NCBI GenBank assembly: GCA_965200775.1
Contig: OZ241383.1
Span: 132,280 to 196,279, forward strand
Direction of reading: 5' to 3'
DNA length: 64,000 bases
DNA from: Acidimicrobiales bacterium
GTDB lineage: Bacteria; Actinomycetota; Acidimicrobiia; Acidimicrobiales; Bin134
Below are positions 23,630-32,414 of the stretch, one piece after another. The translations under genes and the position numbers were made by a program. Numbering within the stretch: position 1 is the first letter of the stretch; each line of letters starts with the position of its first letter. Under the pieces are notes generated by a model. It was not told the origin of the DNA. It worked only from the letters and a program-made list of their open reading frames with translations, and did not search any database.

Positions 23630-24768
23630 GCGACAATCCGGGGGCGCCCCACCAGCCACCGGCCATGGCCTCCGATGGGGACGACCCCCAGGATTGGGAC
23701 TGGCTGCCCCGTCGAACATCCACCCTCACCAGGACGATCATCCTCCTGGCCTCGTTCGGGGTGGTGATGTTGGTGGCCGCGCTGTGGGTCAAGACCTGGA
23801 TGGACGACCGCCTCGACCCTCCCGGCGACGAGGGTCCGGCGCTGGTGGTGAGCATCCCGCTAGGGGCTTCAACCAACGACATCGCCCGCATCCTCGAGGA
23901 CGAGGGGGTGGTGCCCAACTCCACCGTGTTCCGCTACTACCTGCGCTACAAGGACGCCGGTGACTTCCAGGCCGGGGTGTACACCTTCAACCAGGACATG
24001 GCGGTGTGGAGAGCCAAGGACGTGCTGCTGGCCGGACCCGACCCGTCGCCGCCCGACACCATGCTGAGGGTGGTGCTGCCCGAGGGCCTCACCCTGGCCC
24101 AGATCCGCAACGAGCTGCTCGAACAGATCCCCACGTTCCGGGCCGACGAGTTGGCCCAAGCCTTGGCCTTGCCCACCACCCGGTCTCGCTACCAGCCGGC
24201 CAACAGCACCCTGGAGGGGATGCTGTTTCCCGACACCTATCTGCTCGACGACGCCACAGCCGAGGACGAGGCTGCGCTCATCATCCGCCTGCTGAGGCAG
24301 TTCGACACGGTGGCTGCCGATGTCGGCCTGGACGAGGCCCCTGACACCGTGGGGGTCACGCCCTATGAGGCGGTGATCATCGCCTCGCTGATCGAGAAGG
24401 AGGCCCTCATCGACGAGGACCGGGCCAAGATCGCCCGGGTGATCTACAACCGGTTGGCCGCAGGGTGGCCGCTGCAGATCGACGCTGCGGTGCGCTACGC
24501 GGTGAACAAGCCTTCCGCTCCGCTCACCCTCGCCGACCTGCAATCCGAGAACCCCTACAACGTGTACAACAAGACGGGGTTGCCCCCCGGCCCGATTGCG
24601 GCACCGGGGCGGGACTCGCTGATCGCGGCGCTCAACCCGGTTGACGGCTTCTGGATGTTCTACGCCCTAACCGACGACCCGGTGACCGGGGCGCACACCT
24701 TCAGCGTCACCGCCGAGGAGCACGAGGCCGCGGTGGCCATCTGCCGGGAACGGGATCTGGGGTGCTGA
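23626..24768 (+). CDS. mltG: Endolytic murein transglycosylase MltG (YceG-like)
   Basis: ATG 23626 overlaps the ruvX stop (ATGA). The product has an N-terminal TM (IILLASFGVVMLVAALWV), a YceG core (EGMLFPDTY, ASLIEKEA, IARVIYNRL, LQIDAAVRY) and NPYNVYNKTGLPPGPIAAPG. Confidence 0.9.
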   Translation: MSDNPGAPHQPPAMASDGDDPQDWDWLPRRTSTLTRTIILLASFGVVMLVAALWVKTWMDDRLDPPGDEGPALVVSIPLGASTNDIARILEDEGVVPNSTVFRYYLRYKDAGDFQAGVYTFNQDMAVWRAKDVLLAGPDPSPPDTMLRVVLPEGLTLAQIRNELLEQIPTFRADELAQALALPTTRSRYQPANSTLEGMLFPDTYLLDDATAEDEAALIIRLLRQFDTVAADVGLDEAPDTVGVTPYEAVIIASLIEKEALIDEDRAKIARVIYNRLAAGWPLQIDAAVRYAVNKPSAPLTLADLQSENPYNVYNKTGLPPGPIAAPGRDSLIAALNPVDGFWMFYALTDDPVTGAHTFSVTAEEHEAAVAICRERDLGC

Positions 24769-25616
24769 CGCCGATAGGGGTGCCTGCAGGTACCGAGGTG
24801 GCCGCCGGTGTGATCGGCTACCCGGTGCGCCACTCCCTGTCGCCGGTGATCTGCCAGGCGGCGTTCGACCGCCTGGGGTTGGACTGGACCTACGCCGCGT
24901 TCGAGGTGGAGGAGGGGGAAGCGGGCCGGGCGCTGGACCACATGCGTACCCAGGCCATGGTCGGGTTGTCGGTGACCATGCCCCACAAGGCGGCGGTGGC
25001 CGAAGTGGTGGACGAGCTGAGCCCGGCGGCGGCCACTCTCGGGGTTGTGAACTGCGTGGCCCGCGACGGGTCGCGCCTGATCGGACACAACACCGACGGG
25101 GCCGGGTTCTGCGACGCCTTGGAGGCCGATGGGGTGGAGTTGAACGGTATCTCCGGCGCGGTAATCGGAGCGGGAGGGGCCGCCCGGGCGGTGGTGGCCG
25201 AGCTGGCCCGCCGGGGGGTGGCCGAGGTTGCGGTTGTGGCCCGCCGTCCCGACCGGGCTGCGGCCGCTGCCGAGCTGGCCGGGCCGGTGGGGGCCACAGC
25301 GAGGCCGGGCGACATCGGGCGATACCGCTTGGTGGTGAACGCCACACCTGTGGGCATGGCCGAAACCGAGGGAGCGGGGAGCCTGCCCGTCGATCCCGAG
25401 AAGCTGCATCGGGGCCAGCACGTGGCCGAGCTTGTGTACAACCCGCTCCAAACACCGCTGCTGGCGGAGTGCTCCCGCAGGGGGGTGCCTGCCTCCACCG
25501 GGGTGGGAATGCTGGTGCACCAGGCAGCTCACGCCGTTCGGATCTGGACCGGGGCCGAGCCACCGGTCGAAGCAATGACCGAGGCAGCAACCACAGCGCT
25601 GATGAAGAGGCGATGA
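24762..25616 (+). CDS. aroE: Shikimate dehydrogenase
   Basis: GVIGYPVRHSLSPVICQAAFDRLGLDWTYAAFEV, GLSVTMPHK, and NAD(P)-binding VIGAGGAARAV. Confidence 0.9.
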   Translation: MLTPIGVPAGTEVAAGVIGYPVRHSLSPVICQAAFDRLGLDWTYAAFEVEEGEAGRALDHMRTQAMVGLSVTMPHKAAVAEVVDELSPAAATLGVVNCVARDGSRLIGHNTDGAGFCDALEADGVELNGISGAVIGAGGAARAVVAELARRGVAEVAVVARRPDRAAAAAELAGPVGATARPGDIGRYRLVVNATPVGMAETEGAGSLPVDPEKLHRGQHVAELVYNPLQTPLLAECSRRGVPASTGVGMLVHQAAHAVRIWTGAEPPVEAMTEAATTALMKRR

Positions 25617-25632
25617 GCCTGGTGCGAAGCCA

Positions 25633-26331
25633 GTGAGCAGAGCAGCAATGGTGGTGGCCGGATTGGCCATGGGGTTCGTGGCCGGTCGACGCTTGCTGCC
25701 GACCCTGCGACACTTCGAGGTGCGTGACAGCCGATCCCTGAGGGTGCTGGTCACCGGGTTCACCGCCGTCTCCCTGGGGGTGGCCGGAGGCGTGATGGGA
25801 ACGACATGGGATGTGGTGCCGGTGTGGGGGCTTTTCGTGGCCCTGGTCGGGGTGACCACCGTTGACCTCTTCCACTACAGAATCCCCAACGCCATCGTGT
25901 TCCCCGCCTCGACGGGGCTACTCGCAGCGGTGGTGGCGATTTCTCTTGTGCGAGGCCAGCCAGGGGCCATCGGGCAGGCTGCAGCGGCCGCGGGGCTGTA
26001 CGGGTTCATCATGGCGGTGGTTTTTGTGGCCTCGGGGGGAAGTCTGGGACTGGGCGATGTGAAGCTGGTGGTGCCGGTGGGCCTGGTGATCGGCTGGCTG
26101 GGGTCGGGTTACGCAGGGTCGCTTCTGGGAGTGCTGGTGGCCCTCGGGTTCGCCTCGTTGCTGGGCGCTGTCATGGGCTTGGTGGTGTGGGGCATTCGGG
26201 TTTGGGGCAACGACATCTTGCCCGACCCCCTCGCCGACCCCTCCCAGCCCCGCCAAACCGTGTTTCCCTTCGCTCCCTGCCTGGCGGCGGCCGCCGCAGT
26301 GGTTGTGTTGGTGGTGGCCGCTACCGGTTGA
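25633..26331 (+). CDS. Prepilin (type IV leader) peptidase, A24 family, without an N-methyltransferase extension
   Basis: Polytopic membrane protein with the GLGDVKLVVPVGLVIGWLG active-site region. Confidence 0.75.
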   Translation: MSRAAMVVAGLAMGFVAGRRLLPTLRHFEVRDSRSLRVLVTGFTAVSLGVAGGVMGTTWDVVPVWGLFVALVGVTTVDLFHYRIPNAIVFPASTGLLAAVVAISLVRGQPGAIGQAAAAAGLYGFIMAVVFVASGGSLGLGDVKLVVPVGLVIGWLGSGYAGSLLGVLVALGFASLLGAVMGLVVWGIRVWGNDILPDPLADPSQPRQTVFPFAPCLAAAAAVVVLVVAATG

Positions 26332-26410
26332 ACTCAGGTCGGACCATTCTGGGGTAGGCCCTTCGGGAACTGGCGTCAACCCCTGGGGGTGGGTCCCGTA
26401 TTATCGGCAT

Positions 26411-26941
26411 GTGGAGAATCGGCCCCACGTGGCTCTCATCGGGATGATGGGCTCGGGAAAGTCAACGGTGGGATTCTGGCTGGCCCGGTCGGAGGGGCGG
26501 CGGTTCGTGGACCTCGATGAGGTGATCGTGGGGCGCCAAGGCCGGTCGATTTCCGAGATCTTCGCCGCCGACGGGGAGGGCCGCTTCCGTGATCTGGAGC
26601 GGGAGGTGTTGGCCGAGTTCCTTGCAGCGTCGCAGCCGTTGGTGATCTCGTGCGGAGGGGGGATTGTGGTGCGGGAGGAGAACCGAACCATGCTGCGGGA
26701 CCGGGCCTGGGTGTGCTGGCTCCGGGCTACTGTGGAAACGCTGAGCCGGAGGGTCCGCGGCGGAGAGAACCGCCCGCTGCTGGGCGACGACCCAGTGGCC
26801 AACCTCGTCGCCATCAACGGCACCCGAGCCGGTCTCTACGCCGAGGCGGCCCACGGCATCGTGGATGTGGACGGGTTGGCAGCCGATGAGGTTGTGGAGC
26901 AGATCAAAAGAACCCGCCCCCAACCCGTTCCGATCCGATGA
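26411..26941 (+). CDS. aroK: Shikimate kinase
   Basis: GTG 26411 gives 176 aa, the normal size. It has the P-loop VALIGMMGSGKSTVG, FVDLDEVI, and EGRFRDLEREVL...ISCGGG. The track start 26303 overlaps the preceding gene. Confidence 0.88.
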   Translation: MENRPHVALIGMMGSGKSTVGFWLARSEGRRFVDLDEVIVGRQGRSISEIFAADGEGRFRDLEREVLAEFLAASQPLVISCGGGIVVREENRTMLRDRAWVCWLRATVETLSRRVRGGENRPLLGDDPVANLVAINGTRAGLYAEAAHGIVDVDGLAADEVVEQIKRTRPQPVPIR

Positions 26942-27009
26942 CCGCGGGTGTTTCCGGTCCAGTGCCGTCGGGGGAACCGATCCGATGACCGCGGGTGTTT
27001 CCGGTCCAG
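26930..27009 (+). repeat. Perfect 33-nt direct repeat CCGATCCGATGACCGCGGGTGTTTCCGGTCCAG (26930-26962, 26977-27009) duplicating the aroK-stop/aroB-start ATGA junction
   Basis: Read directly; the period is 47 nt. Copy 1 carries the aroK TGA (26939-26941) overlapped by an ATG (26938). Copy 2 carries the aroB ATG (26985). Confidence 0.95.
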
Positions 27010-28034
27010 CGACTTCGAGGGAACCGATTCGGGTTCCAGTTGATTTGGGGGAGCGGTCCTACGAGGTCTGGGTCGGGCCCGGTGTTCGACACCGACTGGG
27101 CGAGGTTATCCCGCCCGGGGTGGGCCGGGTGGCGGTGATCACCCAGGAAGCGGTGGCCGATGCCGGCATCACCGTGGATCCCGGCGTGGGCCACCGGGTG
27201 TTCATTACCGACAACGGCGAGCACATCAAGACCCTCGGAGCGGTAGAGGAGCTGTGCCGCCAGTTCGCCCAGTGGGGCCTCACCCGCCGGGACGCTGTGG
27301 TGGCGGTGGGCGGGGGAGCGGTCACTGACCTGGCCGGGTTCACCGCGGCCGTTTACCACCGGGGCATCCGGGTTGTGTATGTGTCCACCACGCTTCTGGG
27401 CCAGATCGACGCCTCGGTCGGCGGCAAGACGGGGGTCAACCTGCCGGAGGGGAAGAACCTGGTTGGTGCTTTCTGGCAACCGTCGGCGGTCTTGTGCGAC
27501 ACCGAGACGCTCGACTCCCTGCCCCCCGAGGAAATGCGTTCCGGGTTGGGGGAGATGGCCAAGTACCGCTTCATCGCCGATGCCCGCCTGGAGTCGCTGA
27601 GCTTGCCCGAGCGCATCGCCCGCTGCGTGGAGATCAAGGCCGAGGTGGTGGCTGCCGACGAGCGGGAGTCGGGCCGCCGGGCGGTGCTCAACTACGGGCA
27701 CACCCTGGCCCACGCTCTTGAGGCCCAGGGGGGTTACGGCCTGCGCCACGGTGAAGCGGTGGCCGTCGGCCTCATTTACGCCGCCGAGCTGGCCCACAGC
27801 ATCGGCCGAATCGACGCCGAGAGGGTGGCGGAGCACCGCCGGGTGGTGGGTGGCTACGACCTGCCCTCCAGCCTGCCCGCCGACGCCGACGTCGACGGCT
27901 TGGTCGAGCTGTTCGTCCGGGACAAGAAGGCGGTGGAGGGGGTCACCTTCATGCTGGACGGCCCCGACGGAATCCAACCGGTTGGTGGGTTGGACACCGA
28001 CCTAATGCGCGACACCCTGGAGGCCCTGAGATGA
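26985..28034 (+). CDS. aroB: 3-dehydroquinate synthase
   Basis: GEHIKTLGAVEELC, VAVGGGAVTDLAGFTAAVYHRGIRVVYVSTTLLGQIDASVGGKTGVNLPEGKNLVGAFWQP, and metal ligands in LNYGHTLAHALE. Confidence 0.93.
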   Translation: MTAGVSGPATSREPIRVPVDLGERSYEVWVGPGVRHRLGEVIPPGVGRVAVITQEAVADAGITVDPGVGHRVFITDNGEHIKTLGAVEELCRQFAQWGLTRRDAVVAVGGGAVTDLAGFTAAVYHRGIRVVYVSTTLLGQIDASVGGKTGVNLPEGKNLVGAFWQPSAVLCDTETLDSLPPEEMRSGLGEMAKYRFIADARLESLSLPERIARCVEIKAEVVAADERESGRRAVLNYGHTLAHALEAQGGYGLRHGEAVAVGLIYAAELAHSIGRIDAERVAEHRRVVGGYDLPSSLPADADVDGLVELFVRDKKAVEGVTFMLDGPDGIQPVGGLDTDLMRDTLEALR

Positions 28035-28468
28035 GCCAGATAATCCTTTTGCTGTCGGGACCCAACCTGAACCTGCTGGGCGACCGTGAGCCCGAGGTGT
28101 ACGGCACCGACACCCTCGACGACCACGTCGCTACCGCGGTTGCGGTTGCCGAGTGCCACGGCTTGGCGGTTGAACACCACCAGTCCAACGACGAGGGCGC
28201 CCTCATCAACCACATCCACCAGGCCCGGGGCCGGTGCGGAGCCATCATCATCAACCCCGGTGCGTTCACCCACTACTCCTGGGCCATACACGATGCGCTG
28301 GGTGCGTTCGAGGGGCCGGTGGTGGAGCTGCACCTTTCCAACCCCAACGCCCGGGAGCCGTGGCGTCACACCTCGGTGGTCAGCCCGGTGGCCACCGGTA
28401 CCATCGTCGGCTTCGGAGGGCACGGCTACGAGCTGGCCGTCGAAGCCGTGGCCCGCCTGCTGGCATGA
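28031..28468 (+). CDS. aroQ: Type II 3-dehydroquinate dehydratase
   Basis: 145 aa with ILLLSGPNLNLLGDREPEVYG and IINPGAFTHYSWAIHDAL. The start overlaps the aroB stop (ATGA). Confidence 0.93.
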   Translation: MSQIILLLSGPNLNLLGDREPEVYGTDTLDDHVATAVAVAECHGLAVEHHQSNDEGALINHIHQARGRCGAIIINPGAFTHYSWAIHDALGAFEGPVVELHLSNPNAREPWRHTSVVSPVATGTIVGFGGHGYELAVEAVARLLA

Positions 28469-29571
28469 CCGACCCCCCTGCCCTGGCGCCCATGGACGTA
28501 TCGGGGCGAGCCGGCCGGGTTCGGGCTGCGGCGGCCGAGGCTGGTTGCGACGCCCTTTTGGTGACCAACCTGGTCAACGTCCGCTATCTCACCGGGTTCA
28601 CCGGTTCGTCGGGTCTGGCCTGGTTGGGGCCCGACGAGCTGGTGCTGGTCACCGACCGCCGCTACACCGAGCAGGCGGAAGCCGAGACCAGCCGGGCCGG
28701 GGTGGAAGTCCGGATAGAGATCACCAACCTTGCCCCCCAGGAGATCCTGACCGGGGCCGCCACCGGGGTGAGCCGGATCGGTTTGGAAGCGGCCACGGTG
28801 AGCTGGGCCGACCAGCGCCAGTACGCCGAGTGGTTCGACTCCGCCGAGTTGGTGCCGTCGGTGGGTGTGGTGGAGTCGTGCCGCCAGGTGAAGGACGCCG
28901 GTGAGATCGACCGCATGGCCACGGCAGCGGCAATCGCCGACGACGCGCTGTCCGAGGTTGCCCCGATGCTGGCCGGCGGACCCACGGAAAGGGAGGTGGC
29001 TCTGGCGCTGGACACCGCCTTTCGCCGCCGAGGAGCGCAGGGCAGCGCTTTCACCACCATCGTGGCCGGCGGTCCCAACGCTGCCCTGCCCCACATCCGG
29101 CCCACCGACCGGCACATCGAGCCCGGTGAGCTGGTGATCGTGGACATGGGCGCGGTTGTCGATGGCTACCGCTCGGACATGACCCGAACCCTGGCGTTGG
29201 ACCAGCCCGACCCCGAGGCGGTGCGGGTGTTCGAGACGGTTCGGGACGCCCAGCAGCTCGGAGTGGAGCAAGTGGCCCCGGGCAACCCCATTTCCGGGGT
29301 GGACAAGGCCTGCCGTGACCGCATAGAAGCCGAAGGCTGGGCCGATGCCTTCGTCCACGGCACCGGACACGGCGTGGGTCTCGACATCCATGAGCAGCCG
29401 TGGGTGCGGGCAACAGCCGGCGAAGCCCTGGCGGTGGGTCAAGTCATTACCGTGGAGCCCGGTGTTTATCTGCCCGGATTCTGTGGGGCACGGGTGGAGG
29501 ACACCGTGGTGGTGACCGACGGCGGTGCTCGCCGCCTGACCTGCTCGCCCAAGACGCTCGTGGTGGCTTGA
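28465..29571 (+). CDS. pepP: Xaa-Pro aminopeptidase / M24B family peptidase
   Basis: ATG 28465 overlaps the aroQ stop. Creatinase-like N-domain (LLVTNLVNVRYLTGFTGS) and M24 metal ligands (VIVDMGAVVDGYRSDMTRT, HGTGHGVGLDIHE, TVEPGVY). Confidence 0.88.
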   Translation: MTDPPALAPMDVSGRAGRVRAAAAEAGCDALLVTNLVNVRYLTGFTGSSGLAWLGPDELVLVTDRRYTEQAEAETSRAGVEVRIEITNLAPQEILTGAATGVSRIGLEAATVSWADQRQYAEWFDSAELVPSVGVVESCRQVKDAGEIDRMATAAAIADDALSEVAPMLAGGPTEREVALALDTAFRRRGAQGSAFTTIVAGGPNAALPHIRPTDRHIEPGELVIVDMGAVVDGYRSDMTRTLALDQPDPEAVRVFETVRDAQQLGVEQVAPGNPISGVDKACRDRIEAEGWADAFVHGTGHGVGLDIHEQPWVRATAGEALAVGQVITVEPGVYLPGFCGARVEDTVVVTDGGARRLTCSPKTLVVA

Positions 29572-30437
29572 GGTTCGGTTCCGCTCGGGCGGTCGCGGGG
29601 ATTCTCGCGGCGGTGCTGGTTGTCGGTGCTTGCGGGGGAGACACCGAGCAGGAGGTGAGGGTTAGTCCGACGGCGGGCGTGTCTCCGACGGCCAGCGTAG
29701 CTGATACGGGCAGCGCGTCCCCCACGTCGAGTGTGTCTCCCACGGCCAGCCCATCCCCGACAGTGGAGGTTTCTCCGACCGCCGGCGCTTCCCAAACGGC
29801 CGGCGCAACCCCGACCACCAACGCATCTCCCACCACCGATGCTTCGGATGGTCCAGCCGTTTTGCCCGGGACACCGTTCGACCTCGGACCACCCCGGGGA
29901 GCGGAACTCGCCGTGGTGGGCCGGGACCACGACGACCCGCTGGCCGTTCACCAGGGTCCGGGCACCGGAGCGGTGGTCGCCACCCTGGGCTCGCTGGACA
30001 CCGGAGTGGTGGCCACCGGCGCAGCCCGTCTGCTGCCCGGCGAGATCTGGTTCGAGGTGCAGGTCGGCCCCGTCACCGGCTGGGTACACAGCCCGTATCT
30101 TGCCTACGCCGGGAGCACCGACGACATCACATGGCGCGTCGTCGAGATAGCCGGCGAAACCCCCACCAGCGAGTCCATGGCCGATCTCGGCCGGTTCGTG
30201 GCCGAGCTGTTCGCTTCCGGCGAGCCCTCGGCACGCATCTCGGTCTCCGCCCCGCCGACGGTCGGTGACCTGGGCGAGGTCACCGTCGACGTAGTGGGCT
30301 TGGGCGACGACTCGATCCGGGGATACAGGCTGGGTGTGTTTGCCCATCTGCCCGAGAACGGCGAGGGCTTCACCCTCAAGTCCGTCGAGCGCACTCTTCT
30401 GTGCTCCCGTGGCCTCCACGACGGCATTTGCGTTTAG
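29568..30437 (+). CDS. Lipoprotein with an SPT-rich repeat linker and a C-terminal SH3-like domain, unknown function
   Basis: TTG 29568 overlaps the pepP stop. It has the lipobox LVVGACGG, then reiterated VSPTA/SPT units, then a globular C-terminus (WFEVQVGPVTGWVHSPYLAY). Confidence 0.55.
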   Translation: MRFGSARAVAGILAAVLVVGACGGDTEQEVRVSPTAGVSPTASVADTGSASPTSSVSPTASPSPTVEVSPTAGASQTAGATPTTNASPTTDASDGPAVLPGTPFDLGPPRGAELAVVGRDHDDPLAVHQGPGTGAVVATLGSLDTGVVATGAARLLPGEIWFEVQVGPVTGWVHSPYLAYAGSTDDITWRVVEIAGETPTSESMADLGRFVAELFASGEPSARISVSAPPTVGDLGEVTVDVVGLGDDSIRGYRLGVFAHLPENGEGFTLKSVERTLLCSRGLHDGICV

Positions 30438-30567
30438 AGGTTGCAGCCTTCGCTAATCCGCCCCTTATGGCGCCCCGTCGGCGTTCCCGGGCGGCCGAGG
30501 TGAGTGAACGTCACCCAAGCCCTATTCGTGGGGAGAACCGCAGCGCCGAGACCGTAGGATTCATGCC

Positions 30568-31227
30568 ATGGCCGATACCGATGTGGAGTTTTTCTGGGAC
30601 CCGATCTGCCCGTTTGCGTGGATCACCTCCCGGTGGGTGACCGAGGTGGCCCGGCAGCGGGACTACACGGTGGACTGGCGGCTTATCTGCCTGTCGATAC
30701 TCAACGAGGATCAGGACTACGGCAAGTTTCCCGACGGCTACCAGGGCCTGCACCACAAGGGCAGGCGGATGCTGCGGGTGGCCCAAGTGGTGCGCGACCA
30801 GCACGGTTCGGAGGCAGCCGGCGAGCTGTACACCGCTTACGGGGCCACCATCTGGAACCCCGACGACGATATCCGCTCCCAGATCGGTGAGGTTGCATCC
30901 GATGAGCACTTGGTATCGGTGCTGGAGCGGGTGGGAGTGTCGGGCGAGCTGGCCGACAGGGCCGAGGATGCGTCGCTGGACGATCGGCTGAGAGAGTCCA
31001 CGATGGAAGCGCTGAGCCGTACCGGGAAGGACGTGGGCACGCCGATCATCACCTTCCACCACGACGGGGGTTCGACGTCGTTCTTCGGTCCGGTGGTGAG
31101 CCAGGTGCCACCCCCCGAAGAAGCGGGCCGCTTGTGGGACGCGGTGGTGACCCTTGCCGAGTGGCCGTCGTTTGCCGAGTTGAAGCGCTCAAAGCGTGAC
31201 AGCTTGGTGTTTCCCAAGGTGTTGTGA
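30568..31227 (+). CDS. DsbA-like thioredoxin-fold protein (single-Cys CPFAW variant)
   Basis: VEFFWDPICPFAWITSRWV at the N-terminus, in the position of the CxxC motif of DsbA/Rv2466c-like proteins. 219 aa. Confidence 0.65.
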   Translation: MADTDVEFFWDPICPFAWITSRWVTEVARQRDYTVDWRLICLSILNEDQDYGKFPDGYQGLHHKGRRMLRVAQVVRDQHGSEAAGELYTAYGATIWNPDDDIRSQIGEVASDEHLVSVLERVGVSGELADRAEDASLDDRLRESTMEALSRTGKDVGTPIITFHHDGGSTSFFGPVVSQVPPPEEAGRLWDAVVTLAEWPSFAELKRSKRDSLVFPKVL

Positions 31228-31247
31228 GCGATGTTTGGGGCCCTGCC

Positions 31248-32393
31248 ATGACGTCGGCACCGTCAGCCTCGATCGCCTATCTGGACAATGCCGCCTCCAC
31301 CCCGCTGTGCCCGGAAGCGGTCGAGGCTATGGCTCCTCTGCACCGTGAGCTGTACGCCAACCCGACCGGGGCCCACCGGATGGCTCGGGACACCCGCCGC
31401 CGCATCGACGATGCCCGCGACGTGATGGCCGAGGCCCTGGGAGCGGAGCCAGGGGAGATCGTGTTCACCGGCGGAGGCACCGAGAGCGACAATTTGGCAG
31501 TGGTCGGCCGCCACGCCATGGCCGGCGGGGTGCCGGTGTGCTCGGCCATCGAGCATCACGCCGTGCTGGAGCCAGTGGAGCATCTCGGCGGCCGGGTAGT
31601 TGGGGTGGACGACACCGGAGTCGTTGGTCTCGACCGGCTGGCCGATGCTCTGGGCGAGGACGTGACGGTGGTGTCGGTAATGCTGGCCAACAACGAGACA
31701 GGCATGGTGCAGCCGTTGGGCCGGGTGGGCGATGTGGTCCGCTCGCTGGCTCCCCGGGCCGTGCTCCACACCGACGCTGTGCAGGCTTTCCCGTGGCTGG
31801 ACGTTGCCGAGCAGGCTGCCGGGGCCGACCTCATCTCGGTCAGCGCACACAAGTTCGGTGGGCCCAAGGGAGTGGGAGCGCTGGTGGTGCGAGGCGGCGT
31901 GGAACTGTCACCGCTGCTGCTGGGAGGCGGACAGGAGCGGGGCTTGCGGTCGGGCACTCACAACGCTGCGGGCATCGTGGGGATGGCGGCTGCCGCCGAG
32001 GTGGTGTTGAAGAGCCGAGCAGAGCAGGTGGTCCGCCTAGCAGCCCTGCGGGACCGGCTGGTGGACGGGGTGCTGGCCGCGGTGGACGGCGTGGTGGAGA
32101 CCGGCCATCGGTCGGGGAAGGTGGCCGGGTCGGCCCATCTGTGTTTCGAGGGCATCGAGTCGGAGGCGCTGCTGTTCCTGTTGGAGGACGCCGGGGTGTA
32201 CGCGTCTGCCGCATCGTCGTGTTCCAGCGGTGCCCAGGACCCGTCCCACGTTCTGGCCGCCATGGGCTACGACCGGATGCTGGCCGGCGGATCGCTGCGG
32301 TTGTCGCTGGGCTACGAGACCACCGAGGCCGACATCGATCAGGTTCTGGCCGTGTTGCCAGGCGCGGTGGCACGGCTCCGGGGCCGGGGCTAG
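31248..32393 (+). CDS. Cysteine desulfurase (class V aminotransferase, IscS/NifS-like)
   Basis: YLDNAASTPL, FTGGGTESDN, SAHKFGGPKGVGAL (PLP lysine), and SSGAQDPSHVL (active-site Cys region ASSCSSG). GTG 31224, overlapping the previous stop, is an alternative start. Confidence 0.88.
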   Translation: MTSAPSASIAYLDNAASTPLCPEAVEAMAPLHRELYANPTGAHRMARDTRRRIDDARDVMAEALGAEPGEIVFTGGGTESDNLAVVGRHAMAGGVPVCSAIEHHAVLEPVEHLGGRVVGVDDTGVVGLDRLADALGEDVTVVSVMLANNETGMVQPLGRVGDVVRSLAPRAVLHTDAVQAFPWLDVAEQAAGADLISVSAHKFGGPKGVGALVVRGGVELSPLLLGGGQERGLRSGTHNAAGIVGMAAAAEVVLKSRAEQVVRLAALRDRLVDGVLAAVDGVVETGHRSGKVAGSAHLCFEGIESEALLFLLEDAGVYASAASSCSSGAQDPSHVLAAMGYDRMLAGGSLRLSLGYETTEADIDQVLAVLPGAVARLRGRG

Positions 32394-32414
32394 GGACCAG
32401 GGCTAGGGCAGGAA

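Noticed and set aside
26331-29571. Absence of aroC between the prepilin peptidase and aroK, and of efp/nusB after pepP, as a pathway gap
   Set aside because: Gene order varies among Actinomycetota and these genes may lie elsewhere. Absence cannot be judged from a 64-kb window.
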